From the human T2T-CHM13v2.0 reference genome, Homo sapiens: 64,000 nt of DNA. Under the pieces are notes generated by a model. That model did not search any database and had not been told where the DNA came from. It saw only the letters and a list, made by a program, of their open reading frames with translations. The DNA lies in assembly GCF_009914755.1 (NCBI RefSeq), contig NC_060948.1, one strand, 5' to 3'. Of the stretch, positions 14,873 through 29,589 are shown in pieces. The position numbers and the translations under genes are program-made. Each line of letters starts with the position of its first letter. Position 1 is the stretch's first letter.

Positions 14873-17364
14873 ATCAACAAAATCTGAGGTCCCTAAGTCA
14901 AATATCACTCATGATAAAAATGAGTTCCCCTGTTATTTTTTCACACAGGCGAAATTGGTTAAGAAGTAGGTAAAGCAGTTGCAGTGCTTGGTACATATTA
15001 AGCACTCAATTATTATTTTAATATAAGAAAAATTGTGTATTTATTTTCTGTATCTAGTGAAACATGAACCTAGTAATGAAGTAGATACACAGAACACAGC
15101 CTGCTGCCTCTAGCCTTCTCTGATATGAATACTATATATTGCACTCTTAGAGAGACAGGTTATTAAGCTCATTCTTTTGCAAATTTCTAATATTAGTTAT
15201 GGATTTGTAAGGCATTAAATCTACTTAGGGACTCCTGATTCTCCAACCCTGAGCTTTTCATGGGCATTATTAATGGTGTTGTTGGTTATCTTTAAATCCT
15301 CCAGTGTGTCTCACACTTCATATTTAAAGACGGATGCTAAATTTGAATCTTCTCTGTACCCTGTAAAACCTTCCAATCATTTAAAAACTGGTGGATGGCC
15401 CTGCTTAATTTCTTCTCTGGTTGAAATGGCATGAGGGCCTTTTAATTAAACAGAATAAACATACATGTTTGATTTAATGTGTCTTTCTTAGATACTTGCT
15501 CAACCAGCCCCTGCTCACATGGTGTCTACAGTCCAATTAGGAAGGGGAACAATCCTCTGATCTCTGATTTACAAAACTTCTCTGTGATTATTTACTCATT
15601 GGCTCAGTTTACAAATATTGACTATCTAGTGTGTGCCAAGCGTGAGAGTGGATGGTAGGGACATAGCCAGGAGGCATTTAGACTTCTTCCTGCCTGCAGA
15701 ATGTTTCCAGTGTAGCAGGGAAGATTAAACACAAAATAACCCAAACTGCAGTTGCTTGTATCATCAGTACTGAGAAAGAAATGCACAGTGATAATAAAAG
15801 GAGAACTTATTCCTCCCATACAAGGAACTTCCTCCCATGCAAGGAATCCCTAGATAAGTCACATGGAAGCTGGGGATGGGGGCTGAAGATTGGCCTCTCC
15901 AAATTATCTCTGTCCTTCTTTCATTCTTCAGCCTTTCCTCACCTCACTCCAATATGAGGTCCATTGTTATGATTGCAGTTTTTAAAGATGGGAAAGTTCA
16001 CCTTTTATTACATTCATCTAGCTGTTTAAACAGAAGCATGCAGTACTTGTACAGATATTTTTGCTCATGCTTCCGATTTCTGTATCACGGATGTGGAATT
16101 GGAGCCTAGATTTGTCAGCCAAAGAGTTAATGATGTTGAATGCAATGAAGAATTGTCTCAAAATAGCTTTTCCAAGAAAGGGATAGTGTTTCTAAAACAA
16201 ACAAACAAACAAAAAAAACACACGACAAAATGTGTTGGAGCACACATCATCTTGAGTCTAGTCTTAAAAAGCCTGTTTACAAGATAAGCCAGTTTTCTCT
16301 TTGTTACCAAGTTTGTGTTTAAGGACTTAAGATTTGGGAGAGACTCTCTACTTAGCTGTGGGTCCTGCCCAGCACAGTGTTCACAGTCTGCAAGGAAGGT
16401 AGCAGGGTACTGCATGGGATTTTATGTTAATGATGTTCAGGGGATGGTAATTCTCACCTGGGAAGGAGATGATCCATTAGTAACACTCTCAGTCTGTGTC
16501 TTAGGCCAGTGTGAAGCCATCACAGATCTTTAACTGCAAAATAATAATTTTATGATGAGATAAGGGGTAGTTTTATTTCTGGCCTCTTTTAAAAGAGAGA
16601 AGAGGCAAAGTCTATGCTAAGGACTATATCATTTTTTTCTAGACTTTCTATAGAATTCATGTCAAGTGAATGTCATAAATTATAAATGAAATGTGTGTCA
16701 CATAAAATAATTCTGTGGTAATAATGATAGAACTAAGCTGAATAATCTGAATATACCAAATACATGTCTGTGTGTGTGTGCATGTGTGTGTTTTCATGTA
16801 AACATTTCCCCCATCATAGAAAGTGAATGACCATCAAACACATCCTTGAATTCTAGGATTAGTCCCATGGACTTTAGTCTCCCAAGGAGATAAAAGTGAA
16901 GAGACTTAAAGCAAACAAACAAAAAAACTATTTTGCCCTATTTATTTGAAAAAATAAGAGTAAGAGAATCAATCACTCAATCACCTTCCAAAGCTTAGGA
17001 ATCTAACTGAATAACAAAAGTACCAACTCAATGTAGATAAGGAGAATTGAGTGGATCAGGAGAGAGAGAGAGGTGATTGACTATGATTAGTAATGTCATG
17101 TGTGAAGGAAGTACCCCCAGACTGCCAGTCACATAGCTTCCCACATTTAATGTGTCTTCTTTAAAAAATAGCATGCTTCTGAAAATACTTCACATTCTAC
17201 TAGTGTGCAGCTGCAAGAACATAGAGTTAATGATTGCATGGAACAACTATGTAGGATGTTGTAAGAAAAAATACTTCTCTTGGAGCTAAGAGGAAAATGT
17301 AGTTGACAGTGACTTCTTTCTCATTACTGAATCTCTACTCTCTCACACCAGCTTCCTTTTTTTG

Positions 17365-17601
17365 CTGTAATAGAGTAGTATTCAAGCAGCAGAAATTTTT
17401 GTCTCCCTTTCTCTCAGCAGTGGCTGGTACAGTCTGGAGACATCTTTGGATCTCATAACTGAGGGGAGTTATACATGTTACTGGCATATAGTGGGTAGAG
17501 GCTAGAGATAAGCTGAATATCTTGCAATGCACAGGACAGGCCCCTACACTAAGAATCATCTGTCCCCAAATGTCAATAGTGCAGAGACTGAGAAATCCTG
17601 A
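17365..17601 (+). mobile_element. MER20, second copy
   Basis: gtctggagacat...tagtgggtagaggc...caatgcacaggacaggcc...aaatgtcaatagtgcagagactgagaaatcctg. Confidence 0.85.
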
Positions 17602-17941
17602 TTTAATGCCATTCATGACATATAACGGAACCCATTATCCTGACTGTCTAGTTTGCATTTGTGTGTACTCCTTTACCAAGGCTGAATTAAGTAATTTAGT
17701 GAATATTTATTCACTCAGAGAGCCATGGGGGAGAATTGCAAAGGAAAATTAAGGGATTATAAATACTTTATGGGAAGTCAAGGTGAATACACATGAAAAC
17801 AGACCAAAAAAAAATCCACTTCAAAATGTTGTTGATTTTCTCTGGACCCTAATTATGTATATTATATCAATATTTGCAGTGCATAGCTTTTGTCTGTTTT
17901 TGCAAACTGACAACTCAGATAATATAGTGTCTCAGCAAATT

Positions 17942-18330
17942 GTTACCACAATAATGTCATGTACACTCTGAAGCTCAACAGTTTAACACAACAGTGTATA
18001 TTCTCACTGGTTTTTCTGTTGGCTGAAACAAACAAGCTCCAAGCTGCCTGTTGGGCTGTGTCTGCTACAAATGCATTTATTCTGGGGCTCAGGCAGAAAG
18101 GGAGGTAGCACATACTAGAGAAAGTGCTTCTTGTAGTAATGACAAAAGTACAACGGGCCAGGCTAAACATGCAAGTATAATGTTTCTGCTTCTCTTACAT
18201 CTGATAGCATCCCATTAGCTAAGCCAAATCACATGGTCAAGCCCCAAATCAACGCTGAACAAGTATACTGTGGTTTCTATAAAGCCAGTGCAAATTACAT
18301 GGCCTCATTCAATACCAGTGGGTCAGAGAA
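17942..18330. mobile_element. Old MaLR LTR fragment (MLT1-like)
   Basis: catcccattagctaagccaaatcacatggtcaagcccc motif. Confidence 0.5.
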
Positions 18331-18340
18331 AGGATTGCAT

Positions 18341-18645
18341 TTTGTTGTTGTTGTTGTTGTTGTTGTTTTGAAACAGAGTCTTGCTCTGTCAGCTAGTCTG
18401 GAGCACAGTGACATGATCTTGTCTCATTGCAACCTCTTCCTCCTGGGTTCAAGGGATTCTCCTGTCTCAGCCTCTGGAGTAGGTGGGATTACAGGCACAT
18501 GCCACCACGCCCAGCTATTTTTTGTATTTTTAGTAGAGATGAGGTTTCACCATGTGAGCTAGGCTGGTCTCGAACTCCTGACATCTGGACTGCCTCAACC
18601 TCCCAGAGTGCTGGGATTATAGACATGAGCCACCACTCCCAGCCA
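18341..18645 (-). mobile_element. Alu (AluS-like) with (GTT)n tail
   Basis: Reverse-complement dimer. Confidence 0.9.
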
Positions 18646-18729
18646 TCTTTTTTTTAACTAAAATGTTCATTTTAATATTTCCATTTCAAATCTAACATTA
18701 CAAGATTTTTTCTTATTTGTTTTTTAAGA

Positions 18730-18910
18730 TTGGTTATTTATAATTGTGGCAAAATACACATAACATAACATTTACCATCTTAGCCTTTTTTTAAGTGGCA
18801 TTAAGTATGTTCACACTGTTGTGCAGCCATCACCACTCTTTATCTCTAGAGTTATTTTCATCTTGCAAAACTGAAACTCAGTATCTATTAAACAATTATT
18901 TCCAATTCCC
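18730..18910 (-). mobile_element. Ancient L1M 3' fragment
   Basis: taattgtggcaaaatacacataacataacatttaccatcttagcc...ttcatcttgcaaaactgaaactc. Confidence 0.65.
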
Positions 18911-19807
18911 CGGGATTGAGTACTTATTTTTTAAAAATAATAATCTACCACCCATTTTTAATCAGAACAAGGCTTATTTTTAAAGACATAATTGGCATAT
19001 AGCATGCATTTATACTTTCCAGCCCAACCTATGCCTAAGGTGTATTCTATCCAGGATAGAGACATATCTTCAGGACCCAAGGTAGAAGCACCACAGAAGT
19101 CTGTTTTACTCAGATAAAAAAGCCTATTGAGAAGCAATTCCTTCCAAGTTCAGGCTGAGAAGCAGTATGGGCCACAGCCAGGTAGCCTGATTAGAGAAAT
19201 CTATTGACATTCAGACACATGTCCATTGATCACTCAACAGGGAAGTCTACCTAATTCTCAGGTTCCAAGGGGGAAAAAAGTGAAGTGCGCTTTTACTGAA
19301 ATCCACAAGAAATATTAGGACTTAGGGCATCAACAGCATATAGCTGGAAGCTTCAGGAACAACCAGTGCAGGAGCCAGCCATCTGGCAGCAGTAGGGGCT
19401 TTAGCAGTATTAAACCCCAAAGTCCATGAGACAGAGCTCCGTATCCTCATCATCAGCCACCAGTGGTGGGACTCAGTCTGGGTGGGCAGTGGTTGTGAGG
19501 TTTTTAGACAGGACCTGTTTCTATCAGCAGGAACAGGAGGCATCAGTACAGAGCCCTGGGAAATGACAGGCATTATTCAGTAGCTAAGGGAACTGCTTGA
19601 GTAATTAGAAAAGCACTGAAGTCTCCACCATGTGGAATGCTGAAAAGCCCATTAGAAATACTGGGTTCCAGGGACAATCTGAGAGAGAAGAGCCATAAGG
19701 AGTCCTGGGTGCTAGTCTAGAAACCACAGCTTGCTGTGAGTATGACTACGGCAGTTCACTGAATCTCTCTGGGTCTTTGTTTTCCCTTCTGAAAGTAAGA
19801 GAATTGA

Positions 19808-20265
<458 letters not shown>

Positions 20266-21700
20266 TGAAAATAAAAGAATTGGGATGCGGGATTTGCAAG
20301 GCATTTTTTAACTGAAATTATACTATCTGCATATTGCGGTACACTCTGAAGCCAGTGTTTAAGTTCATTCCAGCTTCTCACTGTGCAAGTCCACAGTCTT
20401 AAACCATGCTTTTAAAAAAAGAGGTTATTTCTCATTTTTTTTCAAAGCGTAAATATTAGCCTAACCATTAAGATGGACAAAGTCTTTGACATGAAGACAT
20501 TGTGTGTCTGGATTATTTCATTCAGTCTTACATGAGGAATTCAGTAAGAAGTTACTTTGCACCAGCTTTGTCTGTATTTAGCATTTAAGCACATTAAACT
20601 AAATTGGGGGCCTTTAGACTCAATGGCAAAAATAGTTTCACATAATAATAGCAGAGTGCTTTTTACATTCATAATCTCTGTTTGAACATGTTAAATTCAA
20701 GATACCAGGTAGATGTCCGTATGGAGAACCTAATTCATTGTTTGGACATTCAGTCTCTCTGGATGAAAAACTGTGGTGTTTCTTAGCATTCATCTGGTAT
20801 TTAATCTCACCAAGACAGCATGTGTATTTCATAAAGGTAAGGAGGAGATCACAAAAGCAGAAAGTGTCTTGAGGATTACAATATTTAGGAAAAGCACAAA
20901 GTGTCTTGAGACTTATGAACTGGACAATGGACAATGGACACTAAGAAGTGGCACCAGGTCAGGAAATACGTATAGTCATTGTTTGATTGTTTCTTTGAGT
21001 ACTTGCACCAAGTTAGCCTACACATTTGTTTAAATTATCAAACTAATGGTCATATAACTGGAGGAAACTCTGTGTGTCTGTCTTCTCTTTAAAAATTGGA
21101 AGCTACTACAAGATAACATTTTTCAGGATGGGTGCAAGCTCTGGGTTGGCAAAGTCCCCTCCCCATATCAATTGCTAAACCCAGGCCATTTCCCATCTCC
21201 CATCCAGCCTTTGTAATTATGTGGGGTTGTGATCCTGATTCTGAGGTCCATGAATGAGGAAGAACCAGCAAATAGAGACTCTGCAGAAGGAGGGACACAA
21301 TAGGAACCTCAGGGAGCGTGTTCAAAGAGGAGTGCATACCTGAGCGAGGGAACAGCTCACTCTGACAGGTGTTGCTGGAAAGCCAGGGAAGAGATTCTGC
21401 CATACTGTGTGCACTGGCCTTGATGCCAAGTGTCCTCAGTGACTCTGGGGGTGCTGTCCACATGCACTAAGTCTGGTGTGAGTGCAAGAGCAGATGCAGA
21501 GTAAGGTCAAGCTCACATGCCACTTTACATGCTGAAGGGCGATCAGTGCTCCACATATGCAGCAATGAGGGTCCAGTGTCAGGAGAGAACAAATAGGTAC
21601 ACTAAAAGCCCAGACTCCACCAGTACACATGCATGTAAGATATCTGTACTATGCCCCCTAAATCTGCACACATTTAAAAAATTAAAAGTAAGTAAAATTA

Positions 21701-22165
21701 AGCTGAGCACAGTGGCTCATACCTATAATTCTTGTCCTTTGAGAGGCCAAGGCAGGAGGATCACTTGAGCCCAGGAGTTTGAGACCAGCTTGGGTGACAT
21801 AGCAAGACCCTATCTCCTCAATAATAATTGAAAATAAATTAGCCAAGCCCAGTGTTGCTCACCATCATACCGGATACTCAGGAGGATGATGTGGGAGGAG
21901 CACTTGAGCCCAAAAGCTCGAGACCAGCTTGGGCAACATAGTAAGGTCCTTCACTCTGAAACATAATAAAAAAAAAATTACCCAGGCATGGCAGTGTGCA
22001 ACTGTAATTCTAGCTTGCTCAGGAGGCTAAAGTGGGAGAATCACTTGAGCCCACGAGTTGGAGGCTGCAGTGAGTTATAATCACATGATTGCACTCCATC
22101 CTGGGCAACAGAGCCAGAACCCTGTCTCAATTATTTTTTAAAAGAAAATAAATAAAAATAAAATT
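21701..22165 (+). mobile_element. AluJ-like element with three monomers
   Basis: Two successive left-arm-like units (cacttgagccc...gagaccagcttggg) followed by a right arm. Confidence 0.8.
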
Positions 22166-22389
22166 ACTTAATAAAATGAAAAAAATGTTCAATTTCTTTC
22201 ACTTTACAGTTAAGAAAACTAAGATTCAGAGAGCTGATATGATTAACAGCTACCCACCCCACCACCACCTAAACTGAATGTCATGAAATTTTTTCCTGGG
22301 CTAGTGAGAAAAATAAAGAATATATGTATATTTTTTCCCCCTGGGAAGGTGAGAAACAGAAAGAGAAAGTAATGAGTTCTGTCTCCTGA

Positions 22390-22755
<366 letters not shown>

Positions 22756-23372
22756 TGAGAGCAAGAACCTGGCTCAGGACTCTGAACCAGGAGGTGGGAG
22801 AGATACTGCCTACCACAGCTTATGGGGAGAAGACTAGAAAGACATTGATATTGAGTAAGATCTAGGGCTACCACACCACACACCTACCTACCACCTTCAA
22901 AGAAACCAAGCCAGGCCTTTCTCTGGCTGGGAAACATGTTGAGTAACCTACTCATATTTGCTCAACATAAACTCTGGTTCTGAATAGAGAACCTGTTGCA
23001 GGTGGGTCAGCAAAACCGCAGGAATCAGAAGAGAGGCAAACCACAAAATGAAGTAGAAAGCCAGCAACCCCCTCAACAAGAGGGACTCTGACTCAAGGGG
23101 AGACAGGCTATGGAACACACACATAGACCTCCACACAAAAGAGGCATTGTGTGTGTGTTCAAGCTGCCATTCTCCCTGAAGCTTCCTCCACCTGTTATTC
23201 TTGGAAGGAATGAAATGCAGTGAGGTGAGAGAGTGTTGAGATGGCAGACATGGACAATGGATGAATTCTCTTCCCTCTGTATATTTTCCAGCACAAAGAG
23301 CTGCCCCAGGCTGGTGACCTTGTGCACTTTGAGTTTTGAAAGGTTTCCATGTTTCCCTTAAAAAGCTACTAA

Positions 23373-23566
23373 GCCAGGACAGGCATCACAACTTAGTCCT
23401 TTGAGAGGCTGAGACATAAGGATCTTTTGAGCCCAGGAGTTCAAGACCAGTTTGGGTAATATAGCAAGACCTCATCTCCACAAAAAATACAAAGAGTAGC
23501 TGGGCATGGTGGCACATGCCTATAGTCCCAGGTACTTGGGAGGCTGATGCAGGAGGATTGCTTGAG
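23373..23566 (+). mobile_element. Truncated AluJ-like element just upstream of exon 2
   Basis: Left arm plus part of the right arm, no tail. Confidence 0.8.
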
Positions 23567-23733
23567 CAAAGACAAGTGTCTTTCTTGCACATATTGTGTG
23601 ACAAAGGCAAGTTTTAAGAATGGCCGCTCCAGTCACTTTGTGCAAGGAGGGATAGGGGTCCAAGAGGTGGAGGGTCACAGCCAACCACAAGCCAGCATTG
23701 TTCATTTCCTTTTTGTGTCCTTGTCCTTTACAG

Positions 23734-23941
<208 letters not shown>

Positions 23942-25781
23942 TAGCCAAATGTGTCTCACTTTCAACCTGAACCTTTGCATAACATTGCTTTTTACTTTTT
24001 TAAAATTAGATTGACCTATGATGTTGCTTAAATTTTAAAAAGCATATGCAAAGATAAGATCTCAGTTTTAAGAGAGCACTTTTAATTAATTATCTATGTG
24101 TGTTTTCTGCCTCACCTTTTGCCTGCATTTTTAAAACTTTTACAGATTACTTTTTACATCTGTGATATAGATCTTTTTAATTTAGTTTTTCTTACCAGTG
24201 TCACAATTTTATTCAGTTTTTTATTTTATCTTTTTTTAACTTTATGTATTCCTAAGGTGTATTGAGATAATAGATAACTGTTCCTACCAAGATGTCTTAA
24301 TTAAAAAGTTAGAGCCAAGTCTTTAAAGTTAACTCTTTACCAATTATCAAAAGAAAAAATGTCTAAAAGTCCCATGGAAGAATTGATAGCAATATCAACC
24401 CTAGATCTGTCTTGGGCTCTATGTTAGAGTCCCGTTTTTTCTGAGTTACATTTCTCATATTATAGTTTGTAATATCACACCCCAAAATAGTCATTTTTTT
24501 CCATGGGCCAGTATAGACACTAGGAGGTTTAATTCAAATGCAAAAACCCTCTCCATCTTCTAAGCAGCTCACTCTTTAAGAAAACAGCAAAGTAGAAATA
24601 CTGATAATTAAACACATTCACTAAATTAATAAATGGCCACTAGTTTGACATTACAGATCCAAAGGAAGTATTTCCCCCTTCAAGCTATGCATCACTGCAG
24701 CACTACTCTGGGAGAGTATTGCTCTAGGGAAGACATAGGACCAATGAACAAGATGTATACTCCCACCCCACAGGTGGCCATCTTGGAGGGGAGCCTAGTT
24801 AGCCATATCATTGCTTCACAGTGAGGAAGCTGGTGGGTTGGTGGAGTATGGACTACTCTCCTAAATACAGGTCATTTCCTTGCATAAACAAGGAAGAGCA
24901 CTGGAGGCCCCTGAGAATTTCATCTGTACCTGGAACTGAAGGATGGCAGATGACTAGCCAGGTAGGGAGAAAGGGATTCCAGGATTCCCAGTGGAGGACT
25001 TGGGATATATCTTGTGGGGTATAGCTTAGTATGGTCCAAAAACTAAAACATATTAATTCCTAAATGACTTCCAAACGATGATCAGCCTATCCATTCATGG
25101 AGAAAAGGCACCAGGGTGGCTTATCTTGCATAAGGTATCACTTTACAAGTGAGCTCATAACAAGTATTTATAAAGTGTATTAAAAAATAAGCCAACAAAG
25201 GGTATGTGGGGATCACAACATCTAATTTCTTCACTATAATGTTTGTGCGTTTTCCCTGGAGCATATTAACCCACTTATTGATGCTCACTGTTGAGGCAAA
25301 TGGAATCTGAGTATTTCCTGTCCCTGGGGGCATGAGGAAATTAGGCAGGGGCTTATTAAAGCTGGTTTTTGTTATTCCCTTTGGCTGTGTTGGGAAGAGG
25401 GGAGTCAGATTGACCCTGCAGATTTCTCTTTTTGGGAAACAGAGAAACTTGGAAGATGTGAGTGGGAGTACCTTCCCTCCTTGTAGTATACCATTTCTAA
25501 GACTTGGTTTCTCTCTTCAAACTCGGGGCTAGTGGGACCAGGAGCTCACAGCCCTCTATAGCATGAATGGACCTTCTGGGGATGTCCTACCTTCACCATT
25601 CACATATCTCCATGGTTTTGTTGTAGTTTGAGTCTTGGTTCTGTATCATTTCTTTCCTGCTTCCTCTGCATCTCATTTTTTCTCTCTCCCTCTCATAACC
25701 CCAGACTCACCCTTGCTCATTGAAAAGTTTCTTACTATAAAGAGCCACAGCACAGCTTCATTTTGAAAATTATCACAAGGC

Positions 25782-26248
<467 letters not shown>

Positions 26249-26347
26249 GTAACCTAACTGCATTGCAGGGGCTGTGGTCTCCTTTGGGACAGCTTCTCAC
26301 CTCCAGGTATCTCCTGGTTCCTAAGGGTTTATTTTTTCCTGGTTCAG

Positions 26348-26457
26348 GAATGGCATCTTGGTCCTGCACTGGAGGTTTCCTCCTCACAGCCTCTTCGGGA
26401 GGACTTCCCACCAATGAGATTACCTGAAGGTTGAAGGCTATTCAACAGTGCTAATAG
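26348..26457 (+). pseudogene. STSP1: STS-like exon 4 (110 bp) with a frameshifting deletion
   Basis: Acceptor ttcag|GA after a 99-bp intron and donor ATAG|gtatgg. Reads [26 protein letters not shown], then resumes in another frame as KVEGYSTVLI. The FAKL codons are missing (about 13 nt). Confidence 0.93.
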
Positions 26458-26645
26458 GTATGGGCATCTGAGGAACAGCAGGGAGGACTTGGACAAAGTT
26501 CGTAGAAGAGTGGGAGAGAGCATCATGACAATTATCTTAGGGATAACATCAGTGGTATACTTTGAACAATTTTAATTGGGAACAAAATTATTTCAATTCT
26601 AGGTTAAAACCACAATGAGCCTACCTGGACTACTTGAATGTATAG

Positions 26646-26646
<1 letters not shown>

Positions 26647-26692
<46 letters not shown>

Positions 26693-26803
26693 GTCTGGTG
26701 TGTGTGTGTAGAGATAAATAGATACTTAGATAATTCCTTATGATAGATGGATAAATGGATGAATGGATGGTTGGAAGAAAGCATTGATGAATGGATGGAT
26801 AGG

Positions 26804-26854
<51 letters not shown>

Positions 26855-27260
26855 AGATGATATAGATGTGATGGATGGATGGATGGATGGATGGATGGAT
26901 GGATGGATGGAATAGATGATAGCTAACTAGGTAGCTAATTACCTAGCTACCTAGATAGATAATAAAGAGACACATAGAGAAACAGATAGAAATATAGAGA
27001 GATACATATATACATCGATATATAGACAGATGCAGAAAGAGACAAAGATGAGATAGATGGATGGATAAATTGATAAAATAGATGATAGATAGATAGCTAG
27101 ATAGATAGATATTATCAATAAATAAATGCAACGAGAGAGGCAAAGATGACAGATGGGATGGATGGATGGATGGATGGATGGATGAAATAGAGATAGATAG
27201 ATAAATAGATAGATGAAATAGATGATAGATGTAACAGATGAAAGATAGACATATAGATGG
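26647..27260. repeat. Compound microsatellite: (TG)21 26647-26688, (TAGA)12 26804-26851, (ATGG)10 26871-26910, then degenerate GATA/GGAT
   Basis: Counted directly from the sequence. Confidence 0.95.
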
Positions 27261-28094
27261 AACACACAAAACTATATATACACATCATGCTATTGATAAA
27301 AATTTTCATTTTACTTTCCAGTACTAAAATTATGTCAGAATTTGTCATGGTTGACACACTCACTGATTTTATACTGTAGATAGGATTGACACCTTCCTGA
27401 CTGCATGAAGAACTTGAGTCTAAGCAAGTCGTAAGATGAATCCTAGCGAACCTCAGAGGAGCAAAATGACTCATCTCTTTCTTCCAACATCTTGTTAAAA
27501 AAAATCATTTTTTGAGGCACTCATTAATTTAGTGATCTAATTAACATTTTATAGGACATTTTCAGAGGTGCTTTAAATAATTGCTGAGTTACTGAGAGTG
27601 ATTTCTTCATGTCTCAGGGGTATGTTCTGAAGTAAGTATTCATTTCCACTTTTAACATTCATGGAACAAAATTAAGTTGCTTCTAAAACTTTAATTTTAA
27701 GGGCCTGTCTCAGAAAAGCATCTGGGCAAGAAAAAGACAAAAAAAAAAAAAAAAAAAAAAAACCCTTGTAATTTTCTGTGGAGTGTTTCCTGCCCATTAA
27801 AAATGTTAGGTATTTTCTTTTGGGATTTTGATCCGGTTGGGCTTTTTTGTTTTTTTTTGTTTTGTTTTGTTTTGTTGGAATCACTAAATTACTTCCTATT
27901 TTCTGGTAGACTGAGTAGGTAATACCTTAGCATTTGTGGAAAAAGAAGTGAAAAACTCTAAGGTCCTATGAGCAGGAAGGTTAGCTTCATAAAGTAGTCA
28001 GAAAGAGCCTCCTTTTCAGTATGTGGGAAAAGAAGCTTGGATTGGAATCAGGGTATTTATTGGGACTGAAGTGATCCCCCATTTGTCTTCTCAG

Positions 28095-28513
28095 AGAAAT
28101 GGCACATTGGGATAAGCTGTCACAGCAAGACTGACTTCTTGCTTTTCATCATAGCTTTGATTATTTCTATGGGATGACCTCCTTAACCCATCTGAGAGAC
28201 AGCAAGGCAAGGGAGGGCAGTGTCTTCACCATGGGCTTCAAGAGACCGGTCTTCATCCCCCTGCAGATCATCAGAGTGGCCCTCCTTACCCTCACTGCAC
28301 TCAATTGTCTGGGGCTGCTCCACCTGCCGCTGGCCACTTTTTTTGGCCTTCTCTTCCTAGCAGCTCTGATCCTGATCTTTTCCTGGGCTTCTGTGATTAC
28401 TTCCAGTCCCTGAACTTCTTCATCATGAGGAACTACCAGATCATTCAGCAGCCCATGTCCTATGGCAATCTCACTCAGAGGCTAATGGTGGAGGCAGCCC
28501 AGTTCATATAGTG
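28095..28513 (+). pseudogene. STSP1: STS-like exon 5 (419 bp) encoding the KWH motif and transmembrane hairpin, two frameshifts and a stop
   Basis: Acceptor ttctcag|AG and donor TG|gtgggt. Three pieces in shifted frames: [23 protein letters not shown]...[11 protein letters not shown]...LLFLAALIL, and [46 protein letters not shown] at 28509-28511. Confidence 0.95.
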
Positions 28514-29248
28514 GTGGGTATTGCCTTGACTTCTGATACTGCCTGTAAAAAAAAATCATTCTGGGTTATTTTTTTGTGGAGCTGGAAGAACCAGCAGCGT
28601 TATTGTGCTAGCCACATTTTCCCTTCCATACCTAACATATTTCTTCATCCAGAGATCTCCATAGCACATGTTTAACAGCTTCAGAAAGGTATTGCAATGC
28701 AGTGTGCTCTCCTTAGGGTCTCTTTGCCAACATTCCCCACATCCTGGGCCAGAAAGTCCATGCCAAAATAATGTCTGCTGATGACAAAGGAGGTGTCAGA
28801 TAACCCGCTGGCCTTTACTCTTCAAATGTGGCCATCAAGAGAGGCAAGGTAATGGTTTATGTTTAGCTGAGAGATTGTCCTTGTGACATAAATAATGTGG
28901 AAAGATCCAAAATATTTTGGGCCAATCTCTGGGCAAACAAAACAAAACAAAGACCTCTGTAAGTAAATTGGGTGAAGTGAATGACATCTTTTGGGTCTCT
29001 TGAGTCCCACTGAGTTTATAGTTTTGGGGATTGCAATCTGTAAATGGAATAACTGTCAACAGAGGAGCAGAGAATATTCCTGAGTTATACAGGTATAAGT
29101 ATAATATATACGTATATTATAATACATAATATAGAGAGCATGAAAATACATAGTTAGATATGTAAAGGCTAATCAAGAATATTTGCTATTCAAAACACAC
29201 AAATTAAAGTATTTTTTCAACTTGTAACTGTAGAGGACAGGACATTGA

Positions 29249-29589
<341 letters not shown>

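Noticed and set aside
19260-19740. Slightly GC-richer segment considered as an alternative STS first exon or promoter
   Set aside because: No CpG island and no match to STS exon 1 as I recall it; may be an unrecognised old repeat.
26943-27474. Overlapping Ile/Tyr/Leu/Ser-rich ORFs on the minus strand
   Set aside because: Translation artefacts of GATA/GGAT repeats.
28174-28511. Two hydrophobic or STS-like ORFs (79 and 68 aa) as small membrane proteins
   Set aside because: Frameshift-separated fragments of pseudogene exon 5; no evidence of independent expression.
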